64,000 nucleotides of DNA. Source: Mobula hypostoma. Lineage: Eukaryota. The stretch spans positions 1,984,001 to 2,048,000 of the forward strand of contig NC_086098.1 of NCBI RefSeq assembly GCF_963921235.1. The letters run 5' to 3'. A model generated the notes under the pieces. That model made no database searches. It was not told the origin of the DNA and saw only the letters and a list, made by a program, of their open reading frames with translations. The position numbers and the translations under genes are program-made. Below, in pieces: positions 1 to 11,185 of this stretch (the stretch's first letter is position 1; each line of letters starts with the position of its first letter).

Positions 1-170
1 CAGAGAGGTGGAATGTCATGTCATGTCTGGAATCATTCTCTTGAACCTCCCCTGGATTCTCTCCAATATCAGCATACCCTTTGTTAGAAATTACTGTAAA
101 TTACAATAAGAATATATAAAAATAATACAAAAAGGGAGCAGAGTAGTAAGGTAGTGTACATGAGTTCATT

Positions 171-498
171 GACCTACCTACAGAAAAGATGTAAACAAGG
201 TTGAAAGAGTGCAGAGAAAATTTACGAGGATGTTGCTGGCTCTAGAGGACCTGAGTTACAAGAAGAGATTGAATTGGTTAGGACTGTATTCCTTGGAATG
301 TAGACAAGTTAAGAGGAGATTTGATAGAGCTATACTAAATTATGAGGGGTATAGATAGGGTAAATGCAAGCAGGCTTTTTTCACTGAGTTTGGGAGGGAC
401 TACAACCAGAGGGCATGGGTTAAGGGTGAAAGGTGAAAATTTTAAGGGAAACGTGAAGGGAAACTTCTTCACTCAGATGGGCATGAGAGCATGGAATA
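171..498 (+). mobile_element. CR1-clade LINE, degraded 3' fragment
   Basis: Matches the ORF2 C-terminal region (YRKDVNKVERVQRKFTRML...) of other CR1 copies in the window; frameshifted. Confidence 0.8.
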
Positions 499-820
499 GA
501 ACATAGAACATAGAATAATACAGCACAGTACAGGCCCTTCGGCCCACAATGTTACCTGTCTAGTAGTCTCTTAAACTTCACTAGTGTATCTGCCTCCACC
601 ACTGACTCAGGAAGTGCATTCCACGCACCAACCACTCTCTGAGTAAAAAACCTTCCTCTAATATCCCCCTTGAACTTCCCGCCCCTTACCTTAAAGCCAT
701 GTCCTCTTGTATTGAGCAGTGGTGCCCTGGGGAAGAGGCGCTGGCTATCCACTCTATCTATTCCTCTTATTATCTTGTACACCTCTATCATGTCTCCTCT
801 CATCCTCCTTCTCTCCAAAG
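498..820 (-). mobile_element. CR1 LINE 3' end
   Basis: ORF 552-959 contains YSLERRRMRGDMIEVYK...TRGHGFK...FFTQRVVGAWNALP; tail reads (ATAGAAC)n on + at 496-515. Confidence 0.9.
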
Positions 821-939
821 AGTAAAGAGTAAAGAATGAATTGCCAACATAAGTGATCCACGCAAGCTCATGACCATCTGAGAAATTTGGATAGCTACAT
901 AGATAATAGGGATATAGAGGGCTATGGTCCAGGTGCAGA

Positions 940-1105
940 TCATAGAAACACAGAAACATAGAAACAAAGAAAACCTACAGCACAATACAGGCCCTTCGGC
1001 CCACAAAGCTGTGCTGAACAAGACCTTACCTTACAATTACCTAGGCTTACCCTCTATTTTTCTAAGCTCCACGTATCCATCCAGGAATCCCTTAAAAGAC
1101 CTATC
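940..1105 (-). mobile_element. CR1 3' UTR/tail fragment
   Basis: agaaacatagaaac...ctacagcacaatacaggcccttcggcccaca, the same tail as the copies at 48783 and 57977. Confidence 0.8.
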
Positions 1106-1194
1106 CAGGACTGCACAAAGTGTACAAAACAGAGCAGGCACTACAATAAATAATAAACAAGACAATAGGCACAGTAGAGGGCAGTAGGTTGGTG

Positions 1195-3189
1195 TCAAGC
1201 CAGGCTCTGGGTATTGAGGAGTCTGATGGCTTGGGGGAAGAAACTGTTACATAGTCTGGTTGTGAGAGCCCAAATGCTTCTGTGCCTTTTTCCAGATGGC
1301 AGGAGGGTGAAGAGTTTGTATGAGGGGTGCGTGGGGTCCTTCATAATGCTGTTTGCTTTGCGGATGCAGCACGTGGTGTAAATGTCTGTGATGGTGGGAA
1401 GAGAGACCCCGATGATCTTCTCAGCTGACCTCACCATCCGCTGCAGGGTCTTGCGATCCGAGATGGTGCAATTTCCGAACCAGGCAGTGATGCAGCTGCT
1501 CAGGATGCTCTCAATACAACCTCTGTAGAATGTGGTGAGGATGGGGGGTGGGAGATGGACTTTTCTCAGCATTCGCAGAAAGTAGAGACGCTGCTGGGCT
1601 TTCTTTGCTATGGAGCTGGTGTTGAGGGAACAGGTGAGATTCTCTGCCAGGTGAACACCAAGAAATTTGCTGCTCTTAACGATCTCTATGGAGGAGTCAT
1701 CGATGTTCAGCGGAGAGTGGTCGCTCCGTGTCCTCCTGAAGTCAACAACCACCTCTTTTGTTTTGTTCACATTCAGAGACAGGTTGTTGGCTCTGCACCA
1801 GTCTGTTAGCTGCTGCACCTCCTCTCTGTATGCTGACTCATCATTCTTGCTGATGAAACCCACCACAGTCGTGTCATCGGCGAACTTGATGATGTGGTTC
1901 GAGCTGTGTGTTGCAGCACAGTCGTGGGTCAGCAGAGTGAACAGCAGTGGACTGAGCACACAGCCCTGGGGGGCCCCCGTGCTCAGTGTGATGGTGTTGG
2001 AGATGCTGCTTCCAATCCGGACAGTCTGAGGTCTCCCAGTCAGGAAGTCTAGGATCCAGTTGCAGAGGGAGGTGTTCAGGCCCAGTAGGCTCAGCTTTCC
2101 AATCAGTTTCTGAGGAATGATTGTGCTGAATGCTGAACTGAAGTCTATGAACAGCATTCGAACGTACGTGTCTTTTTTGTCCAGGTGGGTTAGGGCCAGG
2201 TGGAGGTTGATGGCAATGGCGTTGTCTGTTGAACGGTTGGGACGACACGCGAACTGCAGGGGGTCCAGTGAGGGGGGCAGCAGGGTCTTGATGTGCCTCA
2301 TGATGAGCCTCTCGAAACACTTCATGATGATGGATGTGAGTGCAACGGGACGGTAATCATTGAGGCAGGACACTGAAGACTTCTTCAGCACGGGGACGAT
2401 GGTGGCGGCCTTGAAGCACGTAGGAATGACGGCGCTGCTCAGGGAGGTGTTGAAGATGTCAGTGAGGATATCTGCTAGCTGGTCTGCACATCCTCTAAGC
2501 ACTCTGCCAGGAATATTGTCTGGTCCAGCAGCCTTCCGTAGGTTGACCCTGCACAGGGTTCTCCTCACATCGACCACGGTAAGACATAGCACCTGGTCAC
2601 TTGGAGGAGGGGTGGTCTTCCTCGCTGCCACGTCATTGTCTGCCTCAAACCGAGCATAGAATTTGTTCAGCGCATCTGAGAGGGAGGCATCACCCGCACA
2701 GGCAGGTGATGTTGTCCTGTAGTTGGTGATGTCCTGAATGCTCTTCCACATGCGCTGCGTGTCGCTGCTGTCCTGGAAGTGGCTGTGGATTCGCTGGGCA
2801 TGTCCACACTTTGCCCCTCTGATGGCCCGGGACAGTTTGTCCCTCGCTGTTGTTAGGGCTGCCTTGTCGCCTGCTCTGAAGGCGGAGTCACGGGTCCTCA
2901 GCAGTGCACGCACCTCCGCGGTCAGCCATGGCTTCTGGTTAGCTCGTGTAGTGATGGTCTTGGACACAGTGACGTCATCGATGCACTTGCTGATGTAGCT
3001 AGTCACTGATGCCACGTACTCCTCTAAGTTGGTAGAGTCGCCATCGGTTGCAGCCTCCCTGAACATGTGCCAGTCAGCGTGCTCAAAGCAGTCTTGAAGA
3101 GCAGAGATGGCTCCTGCTGGCCAGGTTTTCACCTGCTTCTGAACAGGTCTGGAGCACCTGATGAGCGGTCTGTATGCTGGGATTAGCAT
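1195..3189 (-). CDS. Reverse transcriptase ORF of a 5'-truncated Rex1/Babar-type LINE (element ~1106-3227)
   Basis: Uninterrupted 664 aa: [54 protein letters not shown], and C-terminal [11 protein letters not shown]...[15 protein letters not shown] typical of Rex1/Babar; endonuclease domain mostly missing. Confidence 0.9.
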   Translation of the reverse strand: MLIPAYRPLIRCSRPVQKQVKTWPAGAISALQDCFEHADWHMFREAATDGDSTNLEEYVASVTSYISKCIDDVTVSKTITTRANQKPWLTAEVRALLRTRDSAFRAGDKAALTTARDKLSRAIRGAKCGHAQRIHSHFQDSSDTQRMWKSIQDITNYRTTSPACAGDASLSDALNKFYARFEADNDVAARKTTPPPSDQVLCLTVVDVRRTLCRVNLRKAAGPDNIPGRVLRGCADQLADILTDIFNTSLSSAVIPTCFKAATIVPVLKKSSVSCLNDYRPVALTSIIMKCFERLIMRHIKTLLPPSLDPLQFACRPNRSTDNAIAINLHLALTHLDKKDTYVRMLFIDFSSAFSTIIPQKLIGKLSLLGLNTSLCNWILDFLTGRPQTVRIGSSISNTITLSTGAPQGCVLSPLLFTLLTHDCAATHSSNHIIKFADDTTVVGFISKNDESAYREEVQQLTDWCRANNLSLNVNKTKEVVVDFRRTRSDHSPLNIDDSSIEIVKSSKFLGVHLAENLTCSLNTSSIAKKAQQRLYFLRMLRKVHLPPPILTTFYRGCIESILSSCITAWFGNCTISDRKTLQRMVRSAEKIIGVSLPTITDIYTTCCIRKANSIMKDPTHPSYKLFTLLPSGKRHRSIWALTTRLCNSFFPQAIRLLNTQSLA

Positions 3190-4089
3190 AACAGAGATGT
3201 GGTCTGAGTAACCAAGGTGGCGGAGACATGCTCCCCAATCCAGGCAGCATCCTTATAAATCTCCTCTATGGTTCAATGGGAGTAGGCTTTTTAAATGCTT
3301 TTGGCATAGACCAGGTGGAGCAAAGGACATGTTTCTGTGCTGAACTTCTCCCTTTCTCTATCACCTCACAGAAATCTGACGGCAGAGTGGAAGAAGCTGT
3401 TCCTGAAACACTGAGGGAGGGTCTTCAGGTTCCTGTACCTCCTCCTTGATGGTGAGTATTGAGAATGCCAGTGTCACCTTTAAAGCCTAATATCAAGTAA
3501 TGGTGTTTTTTTTTAAATCTCCTTTGTCCTCTTGAAATACCTGACCACATCATCTGCAGCTGGTAGATTAGAAGTAATATTGAAATAGGAGTACATGGGT
3601 TATAATGAGGAAGGAGGGTCAGGCTAAAGGACAATGTTACCAATCACAGTCTCAACAATGGCTGGCTGCTACAATATCCCAACCTCCTACTAACTAGTCT
3701 TCGGCGAATCTGATTCACTCTACAAGATATGAAGAAATAGCTGGAAACGGTTATTATAATACAAGTTATATGACCAGGCAATATCACATCTGCCATACTG
3801 AAGATCTGTGCTCCAGAACTTCACATACATCGCAATAAAAACTACTGTATACAGTTCAAATACAACCATGGTATCTATCCAGCAATGGAAATTGCGAAAC
3901 TGATGGCAAGGAGCTCTGTTGCCTCGGTTGTTCTGCAGACCAGGCCCTCGTTCCACAATGTCGGCTGCTGCAGCTTTTTCCTTGGGCAGACATGGCTAAT
4001 ATGATGGGATGTAATTTTAAAGTGAATGGAGAGAAGTACGGGGCGGGGGGGAGGCAGATTTCAGAAATATTCCTTTTACACAGAAAGTG

Positions 4090-4320
4090 ATGGGTACCTC
4101 CATCCCAATGGAGCAGTGAGAAGGGAGCATGGCCTGGATGGAGGGTATCCTTGACGATGGATGCTGCTTTGTTGTGGAAGTGCTTCATGTAGATGTGCTC
4201 AATGGTGGAGAGGCCTTTTCATGTGATGCAATGGACTGTGTCCACCACTTTATGTCAGATTTTCCATTCATGGATATTGGTGTTTCCATATCTGGCTACG
4301 ATGCACCCAGACAACTTGGC
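4090..4320 (-). mobile_element. Rex1/Babar-like 3' fragment, degraded
   Basis: KAASIVKDTLHPGHAPFSLL motif in ORF 3856-4188. Confidence 0.7.
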
Positions 4321-4499
4321 AAAGGTTCAGCGGGAAAGAGTGGGAAACCAAATCTGAAAAGATAGTCAATGGGTCTTGGTCTCATTCATCATATCCCAGT
4401 CATCAATTCAAATTGTTTGAAACAGAAAGATCCCCTGTATTCACTGCTGGCTTCCCTGGGAAACCACTGAAATCTATATTCTCAAATTATAAGAACATT

Positions 4500-4860
4500 A
4501 AACCATAAGATATAGGAGAAGAATTAGGCCATTTGGCCCATCGAGTCTGCTCTGCCATTCCATCATGGTCGATTTATTTTCCCTCTCAACCTCATTCTCC
4601 TGTCTTCTCCTCATAGCCTTCGATGCCCTGACTAATCAAGAACCTATTAACCTCTGTTTCAAGTACACCCAATCATGTGGCACCGCGCCTGTTCCACTGG
4701 CCCTACCTAAAGAAATCCCTCCTCGCCTCTGTTCCAAAGGGACACCCTTGTATTCTGAATCTGTGCCCCCTGGTCCTAGACTCCACCACTACGGGAAACA
4801 TTCAATGTTTGATAGGTTTTATTGCGATTACCCACCCCATTCTCTAAACTCCAGCAGATA
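4500..4860 (-). mobile_element. CR1 3' fragment
   Basis: ccataagatataggagaagaattaggccat tail plus degraded ORF2 end. Confidence 0.75.
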
Positions 4861-4879
4861 AAAATGAAGCTAAAATTAT

Positions 4880-5900
4880 AAATCACCTACCACCCCACCA
4901 ACCTTCACATCCAGCATGTAATTCTCCATAAACACTTTCTGCTTTCCACAGGGATTGTTCCCTACACGACTTCCTTGTCCACTCGTCCATTTCACAGAGT
5001 CAAATCCACCACCACCACTCCACAATCCTCTCTCGCTCAGATCCCACCACCAACTCTTGGGCCCCCAGAGACTCCATCTTCTTCTCACCCCACCATCCCT
5101 GAACGTCCCAAAGCTCCTTCTCCCCAAACCTCCTTCCTGGCATCCTTTCAAGTGGAACAAGTTCTACACCTGCCCCTACACCTCCTCCCTCATTACTATT
5201 CAAAGGCTCAAACAGTCCTTCCAGGTGAGGTGACACTTCACCTGTGAGTCTGTTGGTGTCACCTACTATATCTAGTGCTCCTGGTGTGGCATCCTGTATA
5301 CCAGTGAGAGCGAGCATAGATTGGGAGACTGCTTTGCCAAACATCTATGCTCTGTCCATCAGAAAAAGTGGGATCTCCCAGTGGCCACCAATTTTATTTC
5401 TACTTTCCATTCCCATTCTGACATGTCAGTCCATGGTCTCCTCTACTGCTAAGATGAAGCCACACTCAGGTAGGAGGAGCAACACTTTATATTCCATCTG
5501 GGTAGTCTGCAACCTGATGCCATGAACACTGATTTCCTGAACTTCCGGTAATGCCACCCCCCTCCCCCCGCTTCACCGTTCCTCATTCCCATTTTCCTCT
5601 CTCACCTTACCTGCCCATCACCTCCCTCTGGTACACCTCCCCCTTTCCTTTCTTAAGCCTTCTGTCCTCTCCTCTCAGATTCCCCCTTCTCCAGCCCTTT
5701 ATCTCTTTCACCAATTGACTTCCCAGCTCTTTACTTCACCCCTCCTCCTCTCCCAGTTTCACCTCTCACCTTGTGTTTCTTCCTCCCTTCCCTGCACTTT
5801 CTTACTCTGACTTCTCATCTTTTTTCTCCAGTTCTGATGAAAGATCTCAGCCTGAAACGTTGGCTGTTTAGTATTTTCCATAGATGCTGCCTGGCCTGTT
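4880..5900 (+). mobile_element. Penelope-like element (Neptune type), degraded 3' part
   Basis: Colinear with the PLE at 32200-33187: GIY-YIG region, pyrimidine-rich 3' UTR, degenerate hammerhead at 5829-5866. Confidence 0.8.
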
Positions 5901-6522
5901 GTCTACTGGTGGATCCTCAGGTAGATGTACAGGGTGATACAGACCTACAGGTTCTAAGGGGCTTCCATACTTCACAATCCTGTCCATTTTGTCACTTGCT
6001 GATCGCCACGGGTCTTAATCTAGGATGTTAGGGTGTGCCTGTCTGTGAACTGTTTAAAGTGGGGAGGCTCATGCCTGTTTGGCTTGTCATATAGGCTTAA
6101 ACGTATAACATACACTCAGCGGCCACTTCACTAGGTGTAGGAGGTACTTAGTAAAGTGGCTCCTGAGAATAGTACTGTATGCTCATGGCCTTTTTCTGCT
6201 GTAGCCCATCCACTGCAAGGTTCCACATTTTGTGCACTCAAAGGTGCTCTTCTGCACACCACAGTTGTAAGGTGGGGTTATTTCAGCTTCTGTTGCCTTC
6301 CTGTCAGCTTGAACTTGTTCTGCCATTCTCTTCTGATCTCTCTCATTAGCAAGGCACAAAACTGCCATGCACTGGATATTTTTTGTGTTTCTCACACCAT
6401 TCGCTGTAAAGTCTGGAGACTGTTGTGCGTGATAATCCCTGGAGATCAGCAATTTCTGAAATACTCAAACCTCCCCATCTGGCACCAACAATCATTTCAT
6501 GGTGAAAGTCACAAAGTCACAT

Positions 6523-7342
6523 GCTGCTGGAACGCCCACCTCTCCTGCACCACCACCACTCCACAATTCTGTCTCCCTCAGGTCCCACCACTCTGCAATC
6601 CTGTCTCCCTCAGGTCCCACTACGCCACAATCCTGTCTCTCCCAGGTCCCTCCACCAGCACTTGGACCCTTGGATGTTCCCTCTCACCCCACCATCAATG
6701 GACATCCCAAACCTCCTTCTCCCCCCGGTCCCAGCCGAGTCTTCACCATCCCTTCCGACCTTCTCCTATCTGAAGTGGAACATTCTGTCCTCAGTAAGGG
6801 CCTCACCTTTGTCCCTCTGCACCCACTCCTCAGTGAGTTCTGTGCCCGCCATGACACTGAGCTCTTCTTCTGCCGCCTCCATTTGTGAGCCTACTTCTTT
6901 GGCAAGGATTCTCCACCCCACACCGATGACCCTATCTCCTGTCTTCAACCCTCCTCCTCTTCCTGGACACCCCACCCTGGCCTTCTGCTGGCTCTGCAAC
7001 TTTTCATTGCCAACTGCCGACAGGACATCAACAGTCTCGACATTAGCACTCCTCTCTCCAATTCCAACCTCACCCCTTTCCGAATGCTCTGCTCTCCACT
7101 CCTAGCTCTTTTACTTCATCCCTTCCCCCTCCCAGTTACACCTATCACCTTGAGTTTCTCTCTCCCCTCCCCCACCTTTTAAATCTACTCATCATCTTTT
7201 TTTTCCCAGTCCTGCTGAAGGGTCTCTGCCCAAAACGTCGACTGTGCTTTTCTCCCCCATAGATGCTGCCTGGCCTGCTGAGTTCCTCCAGCATTCTGTG
7301 TGTATTGTTTGGATTTCCAGCATCTGCAGATTTTCTCTCATT
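6523..7342 (+). mobile_element. Internally deleted Penelope-like element nested in the Tc1 copy
   Basis: LSEVEHSVLSKGLTFVP motif (PLE ORF N-terminal region), PLE 3' terminal repeat at 7105-7340, flanked by TCACAT at 6517-22 and 7343-48. Confidence 0.75.
6553..6648. repeat. 32-bp tandem repeat, 3 copies
   Basis: Units like ccaccactccacaatcctgtctccctcaggtc at 6553, 6585 and 6617; a single related unit at 5012-5043. Confidence 0.9.
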
Positions 7343-7684
7343 TCACATAGGTCATATTTCATCTCCATTCTGATGTTCCGTCTGAACAACTGAACCTCGG
7401 CCATGTCTGCATGCTTTTATGCATTGAGATGCTGACATAGGATTAATTAATTTGATATTTGCATTAACAAGCAGGTGTGTTGGTGTACCTAATAAAGTGG
7501 CCACTGAGTGTAGTTTTTGTTTGACTTTACTGGTATGTTCATTTGAAAATAATTTGCTTCATTTTATTTCAATGTAAGATTTTCCCTGAGTTAATTTCCA
7601 AGAATATTAAACTACAATTTCTCCAAAAGTATTTGATTAAATTAGCGTTGCAACAGGGATGCTCATTTCTGCTCGTGTTTGCAG

Positions 7685-7732
7685 ATCATAATGCAGACTG
7701 TTAGAGTTGATCTGCAAGGGTTAAATCTGCAG
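7685..7732 (+). CDS. Candidate 48-nt host exon (IIMQTVRVDLQGLNLQ)
   Basis: Acceptor tttctgctcgtgtttgcag, donor CAG|gtaagg, only the phase-0 frame is open, in non-repetitive sequence; no protein recognised. Confidence 0.3.
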
Positions 7733-8756
7733 GTAAGGCATATGCTTAGCTGAAACCATCTTGCCAGCACAACCTTCCCTGTTACAATAAAGTTAAAGGT
7801 CACATCAATACAATCTCGGTATTAAGCACTGTTGACAGTATGTGGACATCGGTGCTGTAATTAAAAAGCTATTCAGCTGAGTAGGAGAAATGCAATTTAG
7901 ATCTGAGACAGTCGTTGCTTCCCAGCAATTTATTTAGCTGGGGAACATCCTCAGGCAAGGACTGGAGATGGCAAAGTGATCTGATTCTCCTTCTCGTCAT
8001 GCATAGGAAATTCAGTTAAAATCCCTAATGCCCAGACAAGTTAAATTGATGTTACGGCAGAGGTTGAAACACTCCCCCACACTGGAGGCAATGGTTCAGA
8101 ACTAAATGACCTGAATTTTTAGTAGGATTTTGTAACATATTCATCACCAATTTCCCTTTTAAAAAATTATACTTCAAAAAAGCTGGCTTCCCTTTTTGTG
8201 GCACTGTATTTTTCCCCTAAGCTGAAATGATTTACCAAATTTTTATTTAGAAATTCAGTGCAGATTAAGCCCTTCGGGCTCATCAACCCGCCACCAGCAA
8301 CCTTCTGGTTTAACCCTAGCCTAATCACAGGACAATTTACAATAACCAGTTAACCCACTAAAGTAGGAGGAAACACACATGCGCTCAGGGGAAGAACATA
8401 CAAACTTCTTATAGAGGACACTGGAGTTGAACTCTGAGCTCCAAAACTCTCAATGGTAATAGTGTTGTGCTTACCGCTACGATAAGTGATCGGGAAGGTC
8501 ATTCTGACCTTTGTTCTAAGCATTAGAATAGTTACATTGTTCCAAACTCAGAAGCAGACTGTTCATATTTTCATCCTAACTAGTTAGATAATACTGTTAT
8601 AGTGCTACAGATTGGTGCTAACACTCAGCAATTGTTGGAAGCCAAGCGGAGGAAGTCAGAACATTTCACTTGTGACCACAAAGCGGGAACCTTAACCTCT
8701 GTTATGATGTGACTGATTACATTTCACAAAGTGCATGAGATTACAACAGAAATGTA

Positions 8757-9303
8757 CACTCAGTGGCCACTTTATAAGGTACACCTATACACCAGCTCAT
8801 TTCTGCAAGTATTTAATCCAGTCAATCATGTGACAGATACTCAATGCATAAAGGCATGTAGACATGGTCAAGAGGTTCAATTATTCTTCAGACAAAATGT
8901 CAGAATGGGGAAAATATATGATCTAAGTGACTTTGACCATGGAACGATTGTTGGTGGCAGACAGGCTGGTTTGAAAATCTCAGAAGCTGCTGATCTCGTG
9001 AAATTTTCCCTCAAGTTTACAGAGAATAATGTGTGAAACAAGAAGCATCCAGCGAACTGCAGTTCTGTGAGTGAAAATGCCTTGTTAATGAAAGAGACCA
9101 GATGAGAATTGCTAGTCTGGTTCAAGCTGACGGAAAGGCAACAGTAACTCAAAAAACAACACATTACAACAGTGATGTGCAGAAGAGCATCTCTGAATGC
9201 ACAACATGTTGAACTTTGAAGTGGATGGGCAGAAGACATGAACACACTCTCAGTGGCTACTTTATTAGGTACAGGAGGGAACTCATAAAGTGGCCACTGG
9301 GAG
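8757..9303 (+). mobile_element. Non-autonomous Tc1-like element (~550 bp)
   Basis: TA|CACTCAGTGGCCACTTTATAAGGTAC left TIR, right TIR ending ~9303; encodes MGKIYDLSDFDHGTIVGGRQAGLKISEAADL (Tc1 paired-like HTH start); no DDE domain. Confidence 0.85.
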
Positions 9304-9669
9304 TACTCTGGCAGAACAATAATAAAACAAATGTTCAATTCTACAAACAAGAGAAAATCTGCAGATGATAGAAATGCAAGCAACACACAGAAAATGCTGA
9401 AGGAACCCTGCAGGCCAGACAGCATCTATGGAAAAAAGTACAGTCGGTGATTTGGGCCGAAACCCTTCGGCATGAATCAGTTGTATTGAGACTCAGTTCT
9501 ACAACTGTGTGAGCATAAGCTGCTTCTTTTTAAAATATCACAGACTAGAGTACAGTGTTTATTAATCACACAATATCTCCATAGACACTGCCCGACCTGC
9601 AAACTTCCTTCAGCACGAACAGTGTGCAAGACAAGCTTTTCACTGTACCTCACTACATGTGACAATAAA

Positions 9670-10045
9670 ACCTATCGAATATTGAAAGGCCTAGATAGAG
9701 TAGAAGTGGAGAGGATGTTTCCAAGAGTGGGAGAGTCCAGGACCAGAGGACAAAGCCTCAGAATAGGGGGATGTCCCTTTAGATCAGAGATGAGGAGGAA
9801 TTTCTTTTGCCAATGGGTGGTGAATCTGTGGAATTCATTCCCACAGATGGCTGTAGAGGCCAAGTTATTGGGTATGTTTAAAACCGAGATTGATGGGTTC
9901 TTAACTAGTCAGGGTGTCAAAGGTTCAGGGAGGAGGCAGGAGTCTGGGGTTGAAAGGGATAATGGATCAGCCATGATGGAATGGCAGAGCAGACTCAATG
10001 TTCCAAATGACCTAATTCTTCTCCTATGTCTTATGGTGTTGTGGT
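9670..10045 (+). mobile_element. CR1 3' fragment
   Basis: TYRILKGLDRVEVERMFPRVGESRTRGQSLRI...VVNLWNS followed by 3' UTR. Confidence 0.85.
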
Positions 10046-10801
10046 CTATTAATAAAACAATTCCAATTCCAGTTTCATTTCAGAATGCATCCCTTTTTTA
10101 TTACACACTGAGGCTGGGAAGCACACTGCACTGGTGTGGGCCTTTTAACAGTCCTTTTCATATTTCATATCTTGCTCAATCAAGTCCTCCTTAAGTCACA
10201 CTAAGCAAAGTCTTGACAGAGTAAAGCCCTTTTTATCTTGTCCAATGAGTGCTTTCCGTTCAGCAGCATAGAGCTATATTTTTACTGGCAAAATTGCATG
10301 CTAATAACTTTCCAAATGCTCACTCACAGCATAGAGCAGAAGATTGCTTCTGGACAAGGAAAAAGATTGATGTGCTATTTATTGGACTTTTATTTTACAC
10401 ATAGGGCGGTACAGGATTGCAGATAAGTTTTATTAATCTGCTTTGTGAGTTGGTGGTGGGATTTCTTTTTAAGTGTCAGGATAGGATTGTTAAATTTTCA
10501 TTCAGGAGCTCGGGGTGAATTATGTACCAGAGAAGGTGAATCGAAAAGTGTGGCAACTGAGCGGCTTGTGACAAATGTCATCATCAGACAGGCAGCATCT
10601 TTCCATCTCCAGCCTGTCAGTCTGGTTTTTCCTGATTTATGCAGCACAGAGCATTCATCGTCCTCATTCTGCACTTCCGCCGCCCACCAGATGTAGCTGC
10701 ACCTAAGAATGGCGGCATCTATCATTAAGGACCCCCAACACCCAGGACAGAAGCCTGAAGAATCACACTCAACATTTTAGAAACAGCTTCTTCCCCTCCA
10801 C

Positions 10802-11170
10802 GGGGAGGAGATATGTCTCTACGAAAGGAGGGGTAAGCTGCTCATTCCCCCCACGAGCCAGCAGGTCCCCCTTGGGTGAGGTGGAGCACCTGCTTAGCCC
10901 CCAGTCGGGGTCACATGAACCCATGGGAGCGGGTGCTGGATGGTCGTATGAGTAGCTGGTGTATATCACACGCACTGGTTATACGACCACTGACACCAGG
11001 CAGACAATCTCTGAAGAGTATTGATAATGGATGAGTTTACCCATCTTGTAAAGACACTGCCCAGAAGAAAGCAATGACAAACCACTTCTGTAGAATATTT
11101 GTCAAGAACTATCATGGTCATGGTCAAGAGCATGATCACCCATATCATTGACCCAGCACATAATGATGAT
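10802..11170 (+). mobile_element. Non-coding RTE-related short retroelement
   Basis: agaagaaagcaatgacaaaccacttctgtag resembles the Bov-A/RTE-BovB UTR motif; (TGA)n tail; related 3' end at 14270-14321. Confidence 0.55.
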
Positions 11171-11185
11171 ACAGTATATATATTT

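Larger units (their letters stand above)
6113..7510 (-). mobile_element. Non-autonomous Tc1-like DNA transposon, split by a PLE insertion
   Basis: TA|CACTCAG...CTGAGTG|TA termini (TA at 6111-12 and 7511-12), TIR cactcagtggccactttattaggtac, remnant of transposase N-terminus. Confidence 0.85.

Noticed and set aside
1555..2998. Several plus-strand ORFs overlapping the Rex1 RT
   Set aside because: Antisense shadows of a coding frame with no recognisable motifs
6553..6648. 32-bp repeats resembling a CRISPR array
   Set aside because: Units are directly adjacent with no spacers, there are no cas genes, and the context is a eukaryotic PLE
10802..11000. Possible HDV-like ribozyme in the RTE-related element (long tggtcgtat/atacgacca stem followed by CTGA)
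   Set aside because: Could not place P1, P2 and P3 in canonical order; structured but unassigned
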